Positions 20,830-32,208 are shown, counted from the stretch's first letter. The stretch: DNA of 64,000 nucleotides from Alphaproteobacteria bacterium (GCA_022826665.1 JAJDUK010000047.1:137442-201441), one strand, 5' to 3'. The notes: generated by a model from the sequence alone, not told the origin. A program made the numbers and translations.

Positions 20830-20882
20830 ATCGAAATCTCCCTCACCTGTCGCTCGCCGTCAGCGGCGCTATTTCCGACCCG

Positions 20883-21950
20883 TCACCACGTCATGTCGCC
20901 CTTGGGCGGCTTCTCGAAATAGGCATCGACCGCCGTCGCCGTCACCTCCTCCAGACGCGCCGGGCGCCAGGCCGGGTTGCGGTCTTTGTCGACGATCTGG
21001 GCGCGGATGCCCTCGAAGAAGTCGAAGCCCAAGTTGCAGTGCATGGCGAGCCGGTATTCCAGCGCCATCGCCTCCTCGAAGTCCCGCTCACCGTACTCCG
21101 TGAGCTGTTTGTATGAGACCTTGAGGCTGGTCGGTGATTTCTGGAGGAGTGTCTCAAGTGTCTCCGCCGCCCAGTCGGAGCCCTCGGCCTCGAGGTTGGC
21201 GACGATTTCCTCCACCGAGCCTGCGTCGAAGCAGGGGTCGATCGCCGCCTGGTGAGCAGCGAGCGGGGCGGAACCGAGGTCCGCGGCGCTCTCCGCGAGA
21301 ATCCGGTCGATCGCCGCGTGCGCATCGCCACTGAGGTCCGCCGCCAGCAGGATCTCGTCCAGCGCCTGCAGGGCGTCGCTTGCTACCACGTGGGTCGCGA
21401 GCCCGAGATAGAGCGAGTCCGCCGCGCCGATGCGCGCACCCGTGAGGCCGAGATAGAGCCCGGTCTTGCCCCTGAGCCTGGGCAGGAAGTACGTCGCGCC
21501 GACATCGGGGAAGAGCCCGATCCCTGTCTCCGGCATGGCGAAGAGCGCGCGCTCGGTCATCACGCGGTGCGAGCCATGAATCGATATTCCGACGCCGCCG
21601 CCCATCACCACGCCGTCGATCAGTGCCACGTAGGGCTTCGGATAACGGAAGACGAAGGTGTTGAGCCGGTATTCCTGGGCGTAGAAGACGGTGGCGAAGT
21701 CGCGCTCCGGATCGTCCCGCTCGCCGTAGAGGAGGCGAATATCGCCGCCGGCGCAGAAAGGCACGCGCCCGTCCTCGCGCGCGGCGCCGCGGATAACCAC
21801 GGCGGCGATCGCAGGATCCTCCGCCCACTCCTTGAGCCTCGCGTCGAGGTCCAGCACCATCGGCTGGGTCAGCGCGTTCAGCGCCTTGGGCCGGTTCAGC
21901 GTGACACTGCCGACCCGACCCTTCCGTTCCAGGATGATCTCGTCGCTCAC
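20883..21950 (-). CDS. 3-hydroxyisobutyryl-CoA hydrolase-like (crotonase family)
   Basis: LNRPKALNAL, FCAGGD, MGGGVG, FAMPETGIGLFPDVG, EGIRA. Confidence 0.9.
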   Translation of the reverse strand: MSDEIILERKGRVGSVTLNRPKALNALTQPMVLDLDARLKEWAEDPAIAAVVIRGAAREDGRVPFCAGGDIRLLYGERDDPERDFATVFYAQEYRLNTFVFRYPKPYVALIDGVVMGGGVGISIHGSHRVMTERALFAMPETGIGLFPDVGATYFLPRLRGKTGLYLGLTGARIGAADSLYLGLATHVVASDALQALDEILLAADLSGDAHAAIDRILAESAADLGSAPLAAHQAAIDPCFDAGSVEEIVANLEAEGSDWAAETLETLLQKSPTSLKVSYKQLTEYGERDFEEAMALEYRLAMHCNLGFDFFEGIRAQIVDKDRNPAWRPARLEEVTATAVDAYFEKPPKGDMTW

Positions 21951-22032
21951 GGTCGCTCCGCACCGGTCAAATGCCGGCGCATCCTACGGATAAGCCCTCA
22001 ATGGGGAAATAGGCGCTTGGTGGTGTCCCGCC

Positions 22033-23172
22033 TCACTCCGCCAGCAGGCGGCGGGCGATGATGAGGCGCATGATCTCGTTGGTGCCTTCGAGGATCTGGT
22101 GGACCCGCAGGTCGCGCAGATGGCGCTCCACGGGGAAATCCATCAGGTAGCCGTAGCCGCCGAGCAGTTGGAGCGCCTGGTTGCAGACCTCGAAGCCCGT
22201 GTCGGTGGCCAAGCGCTTGGCCATGGCGATGGTGGCGGTGGCACCGTCCTCCCGCGCGTCGAGCGCGGCCGCCGCCCGGTGGATCATCAGGCGGGCGGCT
22301 TCGAGGTTCGTCGCCATGTCGGCGAGCGTGAACTGGAGCGCCTGGAAGTTGGCGAGCTTGCGGCCGAACTGCTCGCGCTGGAGCAGATGATCGCGGGCGA
22401 TCTCCAGACTCGCCTGGGCTGCGCCGATCGAGCAGGCCCCGATGTTGATACGCCCGCCGTCGAGCCCCGCCATGGCGATCTTGAAGCCCTGGCCTTCGGC
22501 GCCAATCAGGTTCTCCGCCGGCACGCGGCAGTCCTCGAAGATCACCATCGCGGTCGGCTGGCTGTGCCAGCCGAGCTTCTTCTCCTGCGCGCCGAAGCCG
22601 AGGCCGGGCGTATCGCGCTCGACCGCGATGCAGGAGATGCCGCCCGGGCCCGGGCCGCCCGTCCGCACCATGCATACGTAGACATCCGCGTGGCCGCCGC
22701 CCGAGATGAACGCCTTGGTGCCGTTGAGCACGTAGTGCTCGCCGTCCCTGCGCGCGCTGGTCTTGAGCGAGGCGGCGTCGGAGCCCGAGCCCGGCTCGGT
22801 CAGGCAATAGCTCGCGAAGTGCTCCATGCTCGCAAGACGCGGCAGGAAGCGCTTGCGCTGGGCCTCGCCGCCGAAGCGGTCGATCATCCAGGACGCCATG
22901 TTGTGGATCGAGATATAGGCTGCGGTCGACGCACAGCCTCGCGCCAGGCCCTCGAAGATCAGCGCGGCGTCGAGCCGAGTGAGGTTCGATCCGCCGACAT
23001 CGTCGCCCACGTAGATGCCGCCGAAGCCGAGGGTGGCGGCCTTGCGTAGGGTCTCCACCGGAAAGGTGCAGTCCCGGTCCCACTGGGGGGCGTAAGGGGC
23101 AAGCTCGTTCTCGGCAAAGCTCTGCGCGAGCGCGCGGAACGCCTCTTGCTCTTCCGAAAGGCTGAAATCCAT
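22033..23172 (-). CDS. Acyl-CoA dehydrogenase (isobutyryl-CoA dehydrogenase-like)
   Basis: [39 protein letters not shown]. Confidence 0.92.
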   Translation of the reverse strand: MDFSLSEEQEAFRALAQSFAENELAPYAPQWDRDCTFPVETLRKAATLGFGGIYVGDDVGGSNLTRLDAALIFEGLARGCASTAAYISIHNMASWMIDRFGGEAQRKRFLPRLASMEHFASYCLTEPGSGSDAASLKTSARRDGEHYVLNGTKAFISGGGHADVYVCMVRTGGPGPGGISCIAVERDTPGLGFGAQEKKLGWHSQPTAMVIFEDCRVPAENLIGAEGQGFKIAMAGLDGGRINIGACSIGAAQASLEIARDHLLQREQFGRKLANFQALQFTLADMATNLEAARLMIHRAAAALDAREDGATATIAMAKRLATDTGFEVCNQALQLLGGYGYLMDFPVERHLRDLRVHQILEGTNEIMRLIIARRLLAE

Positions 23173-23179
23173 CGTCGGC

Positions 23180-24274
23180 CTAACTTAGCGAGCGCCGGCG
23201 CACCTGGGCGAGGCGAAATATCAGGGGAGCCACGATCACGATCAGCATGATTCGGGCAATGTGGTGGGTCGAAACGAAGGCGGCAGCACTCCCCATGGTG
23301 AGCGCGATCAGGCTCATCTCGGCGAGCCCGCCGGGGGCGAACGCGAGGAACAGGACCGGGCCCGATTGACCCGCGACGGCGGCGAGGCCGTAGGCCGCGC
23401 CGGCCGTGACCAGCACCATCATCACCCCCACCAGCCCAGCCAGCAGCATGATTCGCCTAAGCTCGCTGAACGCCATGCCGACGAAGCGCGCGCCGATGGC
23501 GCCGCCGAGCACCACCTGGGCGGCTGCAATCAGCTCGCCGGGCGGCTGCGCTGAGACCACCCCGCTCAGGTGCAGGGCGGCGCTCAGCACCATCGGCCCC
23601 ACAAGTTGCGCCGCCGGCACCTTGAGCGCCTTCGCCGCCGGGTAGCCCACCAGCGCACAGGCGATCAGCGCGAGGATGTCGATCCAGTCTGCCGACTCGC
23701 CGGCGGGCACCGGCAGGCCCACCGGGGCGACCCCCTCGACCAGCCGGAAGTAGAAGGCGATCAGGAAGACGGCGACGAGGATGCGCGTGGCGTGGGTGAG
23801 CGAGATCGTGCGCCCGTCGCCGCCCATGCTCTCGCCCAGCACCATCATCTCGCTGAGCCCGCCCGGCATCGACGAGAAGTAGGCGGACACCCGGTCGTAG
23901 CCCCCCAGCTTGCGGAAGACGACATAGGCCATGCCTGCCGCCAACGCCGTGGAGAGCACCACGCCCGAGAGGCCGACGTACCACTCCGCGATCCGGCCGA
24001 AGAGGTCGATGGTGAACTGGCTCCCCAGCAGCACGCCGAGGATCGCGATCATGACGTTGCGGACCTGGGCGGGGACCATGATCGGCGCCCCGGCGAGCGC
24101 CGCCCCTGTCGCCACGGTCATGGCGCCCAGCATCCAGGGCAGCGGCAGCGCGAGAGCGAAAAAGATTGCCCCGCCGACGGTGCCGAGGCCGACGGCCAGC
24201 GCAAAGCGCAAACCGGCGATGCGCAGCCGCGCGGCCTGCCAGCGCGGGCCGAATGGGATGTCGAACGGTTTCAC
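23180..24274 (-). CDS. Membrane AbrB-family protein
   Basis: PLPWMLG, duplicated PGGL(S/A)EM motifs, many TM segments; GTG start at 24274 is a guess. Confidence 0.82.
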   Translation of the reverse strand: MKPFDIPFGPRWQAARLRIAGLRFALAVGLGTVGGAIFFALALPLPWMLGAMTVATGAALAGAPIMVPAQVRNVMIAILGVLLGSQFTIDLFGRIAEWYVGLSGVVLSTALAAGMAYVVFRKLGGYDRVSAYFSSMPGGLSEMMVLGESMGGDGRTISLTHATRILVAVFLIAFYFRLVEGVAPVGLPVPAGESADWIDILALIACALVGYPAAKALKVPAAQLVGPMVLSAALHLSGVVSAQPPGELIAAAQVVLGGAIGARFVGMAFSELRRIMLLAGLVGVMMVLVTAGAAYGLAAVAGQSGPVLFLAFAPGGLAEMSLIALTMGSAAAFVSTHHIARIMLIVIVAPLIFRLAQVRRRSLS

Positions 24275-24305
24275 GGGCCGCCCCCGGCTCGCGGCGCCAC
24301 ACCCC

Positions 24306-25073
24306 TCAGGGGGTGAACTGCTCGGTGAGGATGCGCTCGGTGAGGCTGTGCTCGGGATCGAACAGGAGGTTGATCGCCGTCGCGTGATCGACCGCGACCT
24401 CGACCGACGCCACGTCGCGCACCTCGGTGTAATCGGCAACCGCGCTGACCGGGCGCTTGTCGTGCTCGATCACCTCGAGCCGCACGGTGGCCTCGTGCAG
24501 CAGCAGGGCGCCACGCCAGCGGCGCGGGCGGAAGGCGCTGATCGGCGTGAGCGCCAAGATGTTGGCGCCGAGCGGTATGATCGGGCCGTGGGCCGAAAGG
24601 TTGTAGGCGGTGCTGCCGGCGGGCGTCGCCACGATCACGCCGTCGCAGATCAGTTCTTCCACCCGCACGACGCCGTCCACGCTGATCCTGATTTTTGCGG
24701 CCTGGCGGGTCTCCCGCAGCATCGAGACCTCGTTGATGGCGAGCGCTTCCCGCGTCTCGCCGTGGATCGTCTCGGCCCGCATGCTGAGGGGGTGCAGGAC
24801 CGTGCTGTGCGCCTGCTCCAGCCGCGTGGGCAGGTCGTCAAGGGAGAATTCGTTCATCAGGAAGCCGACCGTGCCCCGGCTCATGCCGTAGATCGGCTTG
24901 CCCTGGCGCAGGAGCCGGTGCTGCGTCTCCAGCATGAAACCGTCGCCGCCGAGGGCAATGATGACGTCAGCGTCGGTTGGCTCGGTCAGGGAGTAGCGTG
25001 CGGCGATCTCGGCCAGCGCGTCTTGAGCATCGGCGGCGGTCGACGCGACGGCGGCCATCCTCCGATAACGCAT
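24306..25073 (-). CDS. nadK: NAD kinase
   Basis: LGGDG, NE, DG...[12 protein letters not shown]. Confidence 0.93.
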   Translation of the reverse strand: MRYRRMAAVASTAADAQDALAEIAARYSLTEPTDADVIIALGGDGFMLETQHRLLRQGKPIYGMSRGTVGFLMNEFSLDDLPTRLEQAHSTVLHPLSMRAETIHGETREALAINEVSMLRETRQAAKIRISVDGVVRVEELICDGVIVATPAGSTAYNLSAHGPIIPLGANILALTPISAFRPRRWRGALLLHEATVRLEVIEHDKRPVSAVADYTEVRDVASVEVAVDHATAINLLFDPEHSLTERILTEQFTP

Positions 25074-25131
25074 GGGGTCTCCCGATGGACTACGCCGAAG
25101 CGGCGCGGAGCGCGGGCTTGGCGGCGGCCGG

Positions 25132-26124
25132 TCAGCCGCCGGTCACGCTCATGTGGCGGCCGACCGCCGGGCCGGTATGGCGGCGGTCGATGATGAAGTC
25201 GTGGCCCTTGGGCTTGCGCCCGATCGCCTCGTGGATCGCATCGACCAACGCCTCATCGCTCTCGCTGCGGCGGAGCGGGGTGCGCAGGTCAGCCGCGTCC
25301 TCCTGGCCCAGGCACATGTAGAGCGTGCCGGTGCAGGTGAGCCGAACCCGGTTGCAGGATTCGCAGAAGTTGTGGGTGAGCGGCGTGATGAAGCCGATCC
25401 GCTGGCCGGTCTCGCGCACGGTGACGTAGCGCGCGGGCCCGCCGGTGCGATGGTCGCTCTCGTCCAGGGTCCAGCGCTTGCGCAGCCGCGCGCGGACAAG
25501 GGAGAGCGGCAGGTAGTGCTCGGTGCGGTCGCCGTCGATGTCGCCGAGCGGCATGGTCTCGATGAAGGTGATGTCCTGGCCGTCGGACGCGCACCACTCG
25601 ATCAGGTCCTCGATCTCCTCCTCGTTGACGCCGCGCAGCGCCACAGTGTTGATCTTGACCTTGAGCCCCGCCGCACGCGCCGCCTCGATCCCCTCCAGCA
25701 CCTGGTCAAGCCGGCCCCAGCGGGTGATCTCCGCGAATTTCGCAGGATCGCGGGTGTCGAGGGAGATATTGATCCGGCGCACGCCGGCCGCGTAGAGGCC
25801 CTCCGCGTGGCGCGGCAGCTGGCTGCCGTTGGTGGTGAGCGTCAGCTCGTCGAGCGCGCCGGTCCGCAAGTGGCGGCCCAGGCTCTCGAACAGGCCCATG
25901 ACGCCTTTTCGCACCAACGGCTCGCCCCCGGTGATGCGGAGCTTGCGCACCCCGAGGCCGACGAAGGCACTGCACAGGCGATCCAGCTCCTCCAGCGTCA
26001 GCAACTCGGCCTTCGGCAGGAAGCTCATGTGCTCCGACATGCAATAGAAGCAGCGGAAGTCGCACCGGTCTGTAACCGAGACCCGCAGGTAGGTGACGTG
26101 GCGCTCGAATGGGTCGATCAGCAT
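25132..26124 (-). CDS. moaA: GTP 3',8-cyclase (molybdopterin biosynthesis)
   Basis: CDFRCFYC radical SAM motif, [15 protein letters not shown]-terminal GG. Confidence 0.96.
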   Translation of the reverse strand: MLIDPFERHVTYLRVSVTDRCDFRCFYCMSEHMSFLPKAELLTLEELDRLCSAFVGLGVRKLRITGGEPLVRKGVMGLFESLGRHLRTGALDELTLTTNGSQLPRHAEGLYAAGVRRINISLDTRDPAKFAEITRWGRLDQVLEGIEAARAAGLKVKINTVALRGVNEEEIEDLIEWCASDGQDITFIETMPLGDIDGDRTEHYLPLSLVRARLRKRWTLDESDHRTGGPARYVTVRETGQRIGFITPLTHNFCESCNRVRLTCTGTLYMCLGQEDAADLRTPLRRSESDEALVDAIHEAIGRKPKGHDFIIDRRHTGPAVGRHMSVTGG

Positions 26125-26309
26125 GGCTTCCGCTCCGCCGGCGCGTGGCGCTTCCTCCGCCCCACGCCGCTCCGCATATTACGCGAGGGTGCCGAATTTC
26201 TCCCGGAGAATCTGGGCATCATCGGTGTGACGTCAACCGTGCCGCTCGCACGGTAATGGAGGCTGCTGGTAGGATCGGGAGCGAAGGGCCGCGAAGTGGA
26301 GCGCGCAGA

Positions 26310-27326
26310 ATGACGGAATCAGTGGTCCCGGTCATCGATATTGCGCCGTTTCTCGCCGGCGGGCGCGAGGACAGGGCGCGGGTCGCCGCTCAGGTGGACG
26401 ACGCCTGCCGCGAGATCGGCTTCCTCGTCATCACGGGCCACGGCGTCGCGCCAGCGCAGGTCGACGAGATGCGGCGCGTCACCCGCGCCTTCTTCGAGCT
26501 GCCCTATTGGGAGAAGCTCAGGGTCAAAATGCCGCCCGACCGCTACCGCGGACTGATGACCGTCGGCAGCGAGGACGTGGCCTACAGCATGGACGCGGAC
26601 GAGGGCGCGCCCGACTGGCGCGAGAGCTTCGTCACCGGGCCCTACGACCACGACTACGATGAATATCACTACGGGCCGAACGGCTGGCGCTTCTTCGCCG
26701 CCAATCTCTGGCCCGATAAGCCGGCGGAGATGCGGCTGCTCTGGGAGGCCTACTATCGGGAGATGGAGCGGCTGGCGGGCGACCTGATGCGCATCTTCGC
26801 CTGCGCGCTGGGGCTGCCCGAGGCGTTCTTCGTCGACAAGATCGACCGCCACATCACGAACTTCATCGCCTCCTACTATCCGCCGCAGCCGACCCCGCCG
26901 CTGCCGGGGCAGCTCCGCTGCGGCGCCCATGCGGACTATGGCAGCCTTACCATCGTCTCCTCCGATTCCCCCGTGGGCGGCCTCCAGGTGCTGGGCAAGG
27001 ACGGCGCCTGGGCCGACGTGCCCTGCATCCCCGGCACCTTCGTCATCAATCTCGGCGACCTGATGGCGGAGTGGACCAACGACCGCTGGCGCTCGACCCT
27101 GCACCGGGTGGCCAATCCGCCGCGAGAGGAGGCCGACAGCAGCCGGCTCTCGCTGCTGTTCTTCCACCAGCCCAACTACGATGCCGTGATCGAATGCCTG
27201 CCGAGCTGCACCGACGACGCCAACCCGCCGCGCTACACGCCCATCACGTCCGGCGCTCACGTCGCATACAAGATCGACAAGAGCCGCCGCCCGCAGCTCG
27301 AGGGTACCGAGGCGGCGGCAGGATAG
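26310..27326 (+). CDS. 2OG-Fe(II) oxygenase, isopenicillin N synthase family
   Basis: ACREIGF, HADYG (HxD), NLGD...WTND...STLHRV, RLS. Confidence 0.9.
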   Translation: MTESVVPVIDIAPFLAGGREDRARVAAQVDDACREIGFLVITGHGVAPAQVDEMRRVTRAFFELPYWEKLRVKMPPDRYRGLMTVGSEDVAYSMDADEGAPDWRESFVTGPYDHDYDEYHYGPNGWRFFAANLWPDKPAEMRLLWEAYYREMERLAGDLMRIFACALGLPEAFFVDKIDRHITNFIASYYPPQPTPPLPGQLRCGAHADYGSLTIVSSDSPVGGLQVLGKDGAWADVPCIPGTFVINLGDLMAEWTNDRWRSTLHRVANPPREEADSSRLSLLFFHQPNYDAVIECLPSCTDDANPPRYTPITSGAHVAYKIDKSRRPQLEGTEAAAG

Positions 27327-27423
27327 CGGCGGCGCCATCGGCCCTTGACTCCCCGCGCCTGAGACCGCGAATTCGGGCCGCCCGCACGGCGGGCGAGTGA
27401 AGCGTGACGGAGAGGAGGCGGCG

Positions 27424-28773
27424 GTGGCCGACAACGGAGGGCAAGGCGCCCGCGATCAGGTAGAGGACGCACTGGCGCAGCTCGAGCGCGACGGCATTCA
27501 GCATGTCCGCTTCGAGTTGCCGGACATGCACGGCTCGGCCCGCTCCAAGCAGGTGCCGATCGAGCGATTTGCCGCCTCCGCCTGCGAGGGCGTGAACATG
27601 TATGGCGGCATCGTCGCCCTCGACACGGCCTCCCACGTGATCCCCGGCACGCTCTACAACGAGGAGGTCAAGTACAAGGACCAGACCCTGCGTCCGGACC
27701 TTTCGACCCTCGCGACCGTGCCGTGGCTCGACGGAATGGCGAAGGTGATCTGCGACACCGAGTGGGAGGACGGCACGCCGCTTCACGCCGCGCCCCGCGG
27801 CGTCGCCCGCCGGATGCTGGAGAGGGCGGCCGAGCTCGGCTTCGGCATCGAGAGCGCCCACGAGTACGAGTTCTACGTGCTCGACCAGGAGACGCACCAG
27901 CCGCTGTTCGGCGGCGTCCACATCTTCAACAATTTGCGCAACGATCACCTGCCCGCGATCCGCGCGGTGGTCGACGGTCTGCGCGCGGCTGGCATCCCGA
28001 TGCTGACCGCGAACGCTGAGTATGCGCCCTCGCAGTACGAGCTGGTCTACAGGCATGCCGCGGGGATGGCGGGCCTCGACCAAGCGTTTACCTTCAAGAA
28101 CGGGGTGAAAGAAATCGTCCAGCACGAAGGGCTCACCGCGACCTTCATGGGCAAGCCCTCGGCGGCCTCGGCGGGCTCAGGCTGCCACTACCACATCAGC
28201 CTGCTGGAGGCGGAGAGCGGGCGGAGCGCCTTCTACGACCCCGAGAACCCGAACGAGCTGACGCCGACGCTTCGGCACTTCGTCCAGGGCATCATCGACC
28301 ACGGCGCCGCCGCCATGGCGCTCTTCAACCCGACGCCCAACTGCTACCGCCGGCTCACGCCCCATACCTTCGCGCCGTCAAACGTGAGCTGGGGCGAGGA
28401 GGACCGGAGTGCGATGGTGCGAATCAAGCAGCCGGGCTCGCCGGGGATGCACGTGGAGATGCGGGCGTCTTCTGCGATCAGCAACCCCTACCTCTGCGCC
28501 GCCGGCACCCTGGCCTGCGGGCTGCTCGGGATGAGCGAGAAGCGCTCGCTGGTCTCGCAGTCCGACGGGCCGAGCGAGGACGACCCCAGCCTGCCGCCCT
28601 TCCCGGCCAATCTCGAAGCCGCGCTCGCCGCGCTCGAAGCCGATACGGCGATGGTCGAACTGCTGGGCGAGGAGTTCGTCACGGTCTTCACCACGATGAA
28701 GCGCGCCGAGCTCACCCGCTTCAACGCCCACGTCACGCAGTGGGAGCGCGACGAATACATCGAGCTCTACTGA
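27424..28773 (+). CDS. Glutamine synthetase-family protein (gamma-glutamyl-amine ligase-like)
   Basis: D..G..RSK, EYEFY, EYAPSQYE, TFMGKP, GSGCHYH, EMR, NPYL; start may be 27397. Confidence 0.88.
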   Translation: MADNGGQGARDQVEDALAQLERDGIQHVRFELPDMHGSARSKQVPIERFAASACEGVNMYGGIVALDTASHVIPGTLYNEEVKYKDQTLRPDLSTLATVPWLDGMAKVICDTEWEDGTPLHAAPRGVARRMLERAAELGFGIESAHEYEFYVLDQETHQPLFGGVHIFNNLRNDHLPAIRAVVDGLRAAGIPMLTANAEYAPSQYELVYRHAAGMAGLDQAFTFKNGVKEIVQHEGLTATFMGKPSAASAGSGCHYHISLLEAESGRSAFYDPENPNELTPTLRHFVQGIIDHGAAAMALFNPTPNCYRRLTPHTFAPSNVSWGEEDRSAMVRIKQPGSPGMHVEMRASSAISNPYLCAAGTLACGLLGMSEKRSLVSQSDGPSEDDPSLPPFPANLEAALAALEADTAMVELLGEEFVTVFTTMKRAELTRFNAHVTQWERDEYIELY

Positions 28774-28845
28774 GGCGCGGGCTAAAGACGTAATCCGCGT
28801 TTGCCGATAGCGGAGACCCGAGTCTGCAATTGACGACTTTCCGTT

Positions 28846-29733
28846 GTGACCTGGTTGTTCTTCATCGACGAGAGCGGACATGACCACAGAGCCACGCCTT
28901 ATGAGGTTCGTGGCGGGCTTGCGATTCATGTCGGTCGATTGTGGCCGTTTGTGCAGGACATGCAGCGACTGGAAATCGATTGTTTCGGTTGCGAGCTGCA
29001 CACGTATGGCAAGGAGATCAAGGGCGCGACGCTGATCGATCGAAAGCGCTTCAGGCTCCCAGTACAGGGCGAGCCCTACCGCGATGACACCAGGCAGAGG
29101 CTCTGCTTATCTTTTCTTGCGAAGGGCCGCGAACGCGCCGTGCCGCGCCGGGAAGAATTCACGGCCTACGGCCAAGCCTGCCTTCGTATGGCACGAGAGA
29201 CGTTCGCTCTTCTACGGAAGCATGAAGCCATCGTATTGGCGTCTGTCATCCCGCGAGGCGTAGCGAAGCCCCGGGGCTACCTGTTCGACAGATATCTCAG
29301 AAAGGACCTGGTGTTTCTACTGGAGAGATATTTCTACTTCTTGGAAGAAGCACGGGAGTACGGCGTCTTGGTCATGGATGAGACCGACAAACAGGAAGAC
29401 CGCAGGTTTGTTGCCCGCATGGAGGGTCATTTCACCAACACATCGATCGGACGACGCAGGACGGCCTGGATCGTGCCTACACCGTTCTTCGTGTCATCCG
29501 ATATGAATCCAGCGATCCAGGCGGCGGACCTTTGCATCTATTCCATCAACTGGGGATTTCGATTGCCCGATCGAGGGATGAACGCAGAGTGTCGGGAGGA
29601 GATCGCCGCAATGTTTGGAAAAGAGCTGTTCGATCTCCAGTTTCACGGTCGCGGACATCGTGACGGTCGTGACTTCGATACCTATGGGATCGTCTACGTC
29701 CCCGACCCCTATGAATCCAGGGCGACCAAATGA
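28846..29733 (+). CDS. DUF3800-family protein (RNase H-like acidic motifs)
   Basis: N-terminal FIDESG, internal MDE, C-terminal IQAADL; visibly more AT-rich than neighbours. Confidence 0.8.
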   Translation: MTWLFFIDESGHDHRATPYEVRGGLAIHVGRLWPFVQDMQRLEIDCFGCELHTYGKEIKGATLIDRKRFRLPVQGEPYRDDTRQRLCLSFLAKGRERAVPRREEFTAYGQACLRMARETFALLRKHEAIVLASVIPRGVAKPRGYLFDRYLRKDLVFLLERYFYFLEEAREYGVLVMDETDKQEDRRFVARMEGHFTNTSIGRRRTAWIVPTPFFVSSDMNPAIQAADLCIYSINWGFRLPDRGMNAECREEIAAMFGKELFDLQFHGRGHRDGRDFDTYGIVYVPDPYESRATK

Positions 29734-29818
29734 AAGAGGAGGCAACGCCCCCAGCTGCTGCTACCGCAAACTCTGGGTCCACGGACAGCCCTCGGGGCCG
29801 AGCCTCCACCGTGGAATA
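29734..29818 (+). ncRNA. Candidate DUF3800-associated pseudoknotted RNA
   Basis: GGAGGC(29738-43)/GCCTCC(29802-07) crossed by TCCACGG(29778-84)/CCGTGGA(29809-15), plus two internal hairpins, directly after the stop codon. Confidence 0.6.
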
Positions 29819-29905
29819 TATGCCGCTGCTTCCAAGAATTCAATTTGGTCCGGCGGGGCGTGACACCGCAACGCGCTGAAGGCAGGGCTGGGACGCGCTC
29901 GGTCC

Positions 29906-30925
29906 CTAACGGAAGTGCGGAATCACGTGGTCGGCGTAGGCGGCGACGATCTGCTCCTCGCCGCCGTTGGTAAGGTAGATGTTGAACTGGGTGACGCCGG
30001 CGGCCTCCAGCGCGCGGATCTTCTCCACATGGGCCTCGGCCGGGCCGATCACGCAGAAGTCCTCGGTGATCTCCGGCGAGACATAGGCACTGTTGTCTGA
30101 CTCCAGTGCGGTGTGCTGGCGGTAGTCGTAGCCCTCGTCGGCGCCGACGCCCTCGCGCTGCGCGATGTAAGCGGTGAGGCTCTCAGGCACGAGGTCGGTG
30201 CCCGCGCCGTGGTGCTTCACGATGTCGGCCACGTGGTTGCCCACCAGCGCCGGGAACCACTTGGTCTGGGCGATCCCGGCCTCGCGGTCGCCGACCCAGA
30301 CCGGTGCGCAGGCCATGACGCGGTAGTCCGCCATGTCGCGGCCTTCAGCGCGGCCGGCGGCGCGGGCCTGGTCCCCCATCCACTGACAGAGGCCGACATC
30401 GCCGAGCTGCACGATCAGCCCGTCGCCGACGCGGCCGGCCGCCGCCAGTGCACGCGGCCCGTAGGCTGCAACCCAGACAGGCATCTCGTAGCCGCCGGTC
30501 CAGTCGAACTGTACCGGCTCCGGCACGCCCTCGTAGCTGACCGCCTCGCCCCGCACCAGCGCCTTCATGGCGTGGCAGAACTCCTCCAGGCGCGCCACCG
30601 TCGCCGGCCGCTTGCCGATGGCCCGCACGGCACTGTCGCCGCGCCCCACGCCCATGTCGAAGCGGCCGTCTGATTGCACCGCCATCGCCCCGAACAGGCT
30701 CGCAGCCACCGACCATTCGCGGGTCATCGGATTGGTGACGCAGGGACCAAAGCGCAGCCGCTGTGTGTGGTCGATGGCGACCGCCATCTGTGGGTAAAGG
30801 TCGCGCCACAGCGCGTGGCTGTCGAAGAACCAGGCATAGTCGAAGCCTGCCGCCTCGGCCTGGCGGCAGATGGCGACGACGCGATCCTTCTCAAGGTCGC
30901 CGCGAAAGGTGATGGCGAATTCCAT
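29906..30925 (-). CDS. LLM-class, probably F420-dependent, oxidoreductase
   Basis: AWFFDSH, GPCVTNP, GVGRGDSA, AAYGP; directly downstream of npdG. Confidence 0.85.
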   Translation of the reverse strand: MEFAITFRGDLEKDRVVAICRQAEAAGFDYAWFFDSHALWRDLYPQMAVAIDHTQRLRFGPCVTNPMTREWSVAASLFGAMAVQSDGRFDMGVGRGDSAVRAIGKRPATVARLEEFCHAMKALVRGEAVSYEGVPEPVQFDWTGGYEMPVWVAAYGPRALAAAGRVGDGLIVQLGDVGLCQWMGDQARAAGRAEGRDMADYRVMACAPVWVGDREAGIAQTKWFPALVGNHVADIVKHHGAGTDLVPESLTAYIAQREGVGADEGYDYRQHTALESDNSAYVSPEITEDFCVIGPAEAHVEKIRALEAAGVTQFNIYLTNGGEEQIVAAYADHVIPHFR

Positions 30926-30941
30926 GGTCGCCTCCGCTCCG

Positions 30942-31610
30942 TTACTCGGCCTCCGGCCAGATTTTCACGCCTGCATGCTTGAAGCCCGTCGCCTTCGACA
31001 TATTGAGGCGGATCAGCAGCGGTGTCAGCGCCTCAATGCAGCGCGCGCTCTCGGCCGGGCCGCAGTTGTAGGCGCGGGCACCGATGGTCTCGACCAGGTC
31101 CATCACCGCGCGCTTCGCCTCCAGGTCGTCGCCGCAGACGAGAATGTCGCAATTGATCGGCTGATCAAGGGCTGCAAGCACGTGGGCGGAGACGTTGTGG
31201 AGCGCTCCCACTACCGAGACGCCTTCGCCCAGCATCGCCTGCGCCGCCTCGGTCGCCGAGCCCTCCGGCGGCATCGCGGTGCGCCGGGGATTGCCGTCGG
31301 CGAGCGGCACCGCCATGTCCACCAGGATCTTGCCCTGCAGTGCCTCGGTAAGCCCCGCGAGGGTCGCCTGGTGCGCGCTCCACGGCACAGCCAGCACGAC
31401 CATGCGCTCGGCCCGCGTGACCGCGTCGGCGTTGGCGGCGCCTTCGATCGACCCCGGTGCATCAGGCACACCGGCTCTCAGATCGACGGCGATCTCCGCC
31501 GCGCGGGCGGCATCGCGCGACCCGACCACGACGTCAATGCCGGCAAGCGCGCAGCGCTGCGTTAGCCCGCGACCCTGGGGGCCGGTGCCTCCGATCACGG
31601 CGATTGCCAT
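30942..31610 (-). CDS. npdG: NADPH-dependent F420 reductase
   Basis: [35 protein letters not shown]. Confidence 0.88.
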   Translation of the reverse strand: MAIAVIGGTGPQGRGLTQRCALAGIDVVVGSRDAARAAEIAVDLRAGVPDAPGSIEGAANADAVTRAERMVVLAVPWSAHQATLAGLTEALQGKILVDMAVPLADGNPRRTAMPPEGSATEAAQAMLGEGVSVVGALHNVSAHVLAALDQPINCDILVCGDDLEAKRAVMDLVETIGARAYNCGPAESARCIEALTPLLIRLNMSKATGFKHAGVKIWPEAE

Positions 31611-31642
31611 GGAATGGGTCTCCTGAGTGCGCCCGGCCGCAA

Positions 31643-32167
31643 CTACGCGTCGTAGGCGACGAGAGAGGTGATCGGCAGGTCGAGGCGTTGACGCCCGCCG
31701 AGGAAGCTCAGCTCAATGATGAAGGCCGCCGCCACCACCTCGGCACCCACTTGGCGCAGCAGAGCATGCGACGCGGCCGCCGTGCCCCCGGTTGCAAGCA
31801 AATCATCGACCAGGACAACCCGCTGACCCGGCGCGACGGCGTCGGCCTGCACCTCGACCTGATCGGTGCCGTACTCGAGCGCGTATTCATACGCCACGGT
31901 CTCGCCCGGCAGCTTGCCCTTCTTGCGTACCATGATGAAGCCACAGCCGAGTGCGTGCGCCACCGGCGCCGCGACCAGAAAGCCGCGGGATTCGATGCCT
32001 GCGAGGAGATCGGGCTTGTGACTGCCGACCACATCGACGAGACGCTGCACCGTCTCGCCCCAGGCCCGCGCGTGGGCGAGCAGGGTCGAGATGTCGTAAA
32101 AGAGGATGCCTGGCTTGGGAAAGTCAGGAATTTCGCGGATGTGGTCGCGCAGGTCGAAGGCGGACAT
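31643..32167 (-). CDS. apt: Adenine phosphoribosyltransferase
   Basis: [37 protein letters not shown]. Confidence 0.96.
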   Translation of the reverse strand: MSAFDLRDHIREIPDFPKPGILFYDISTLLAHARAWGETVQRLVDVVGSHKPDLLAGIESRGFLVAAPVAHALGCGFIMVRKKGKLPGETVAYEYALEYGTDQVEVQADAVAPGQRVVLVDDLLATGGTAAASHALLRQVGAEVVAAAFIIELSFLGGRQRLDLPITSLVAYDA

Positions 32168-32208
32168 GGCTGCCCCCAATCAGCGCAAGAGGCCTTTGTC
32201 CTCCGCGA

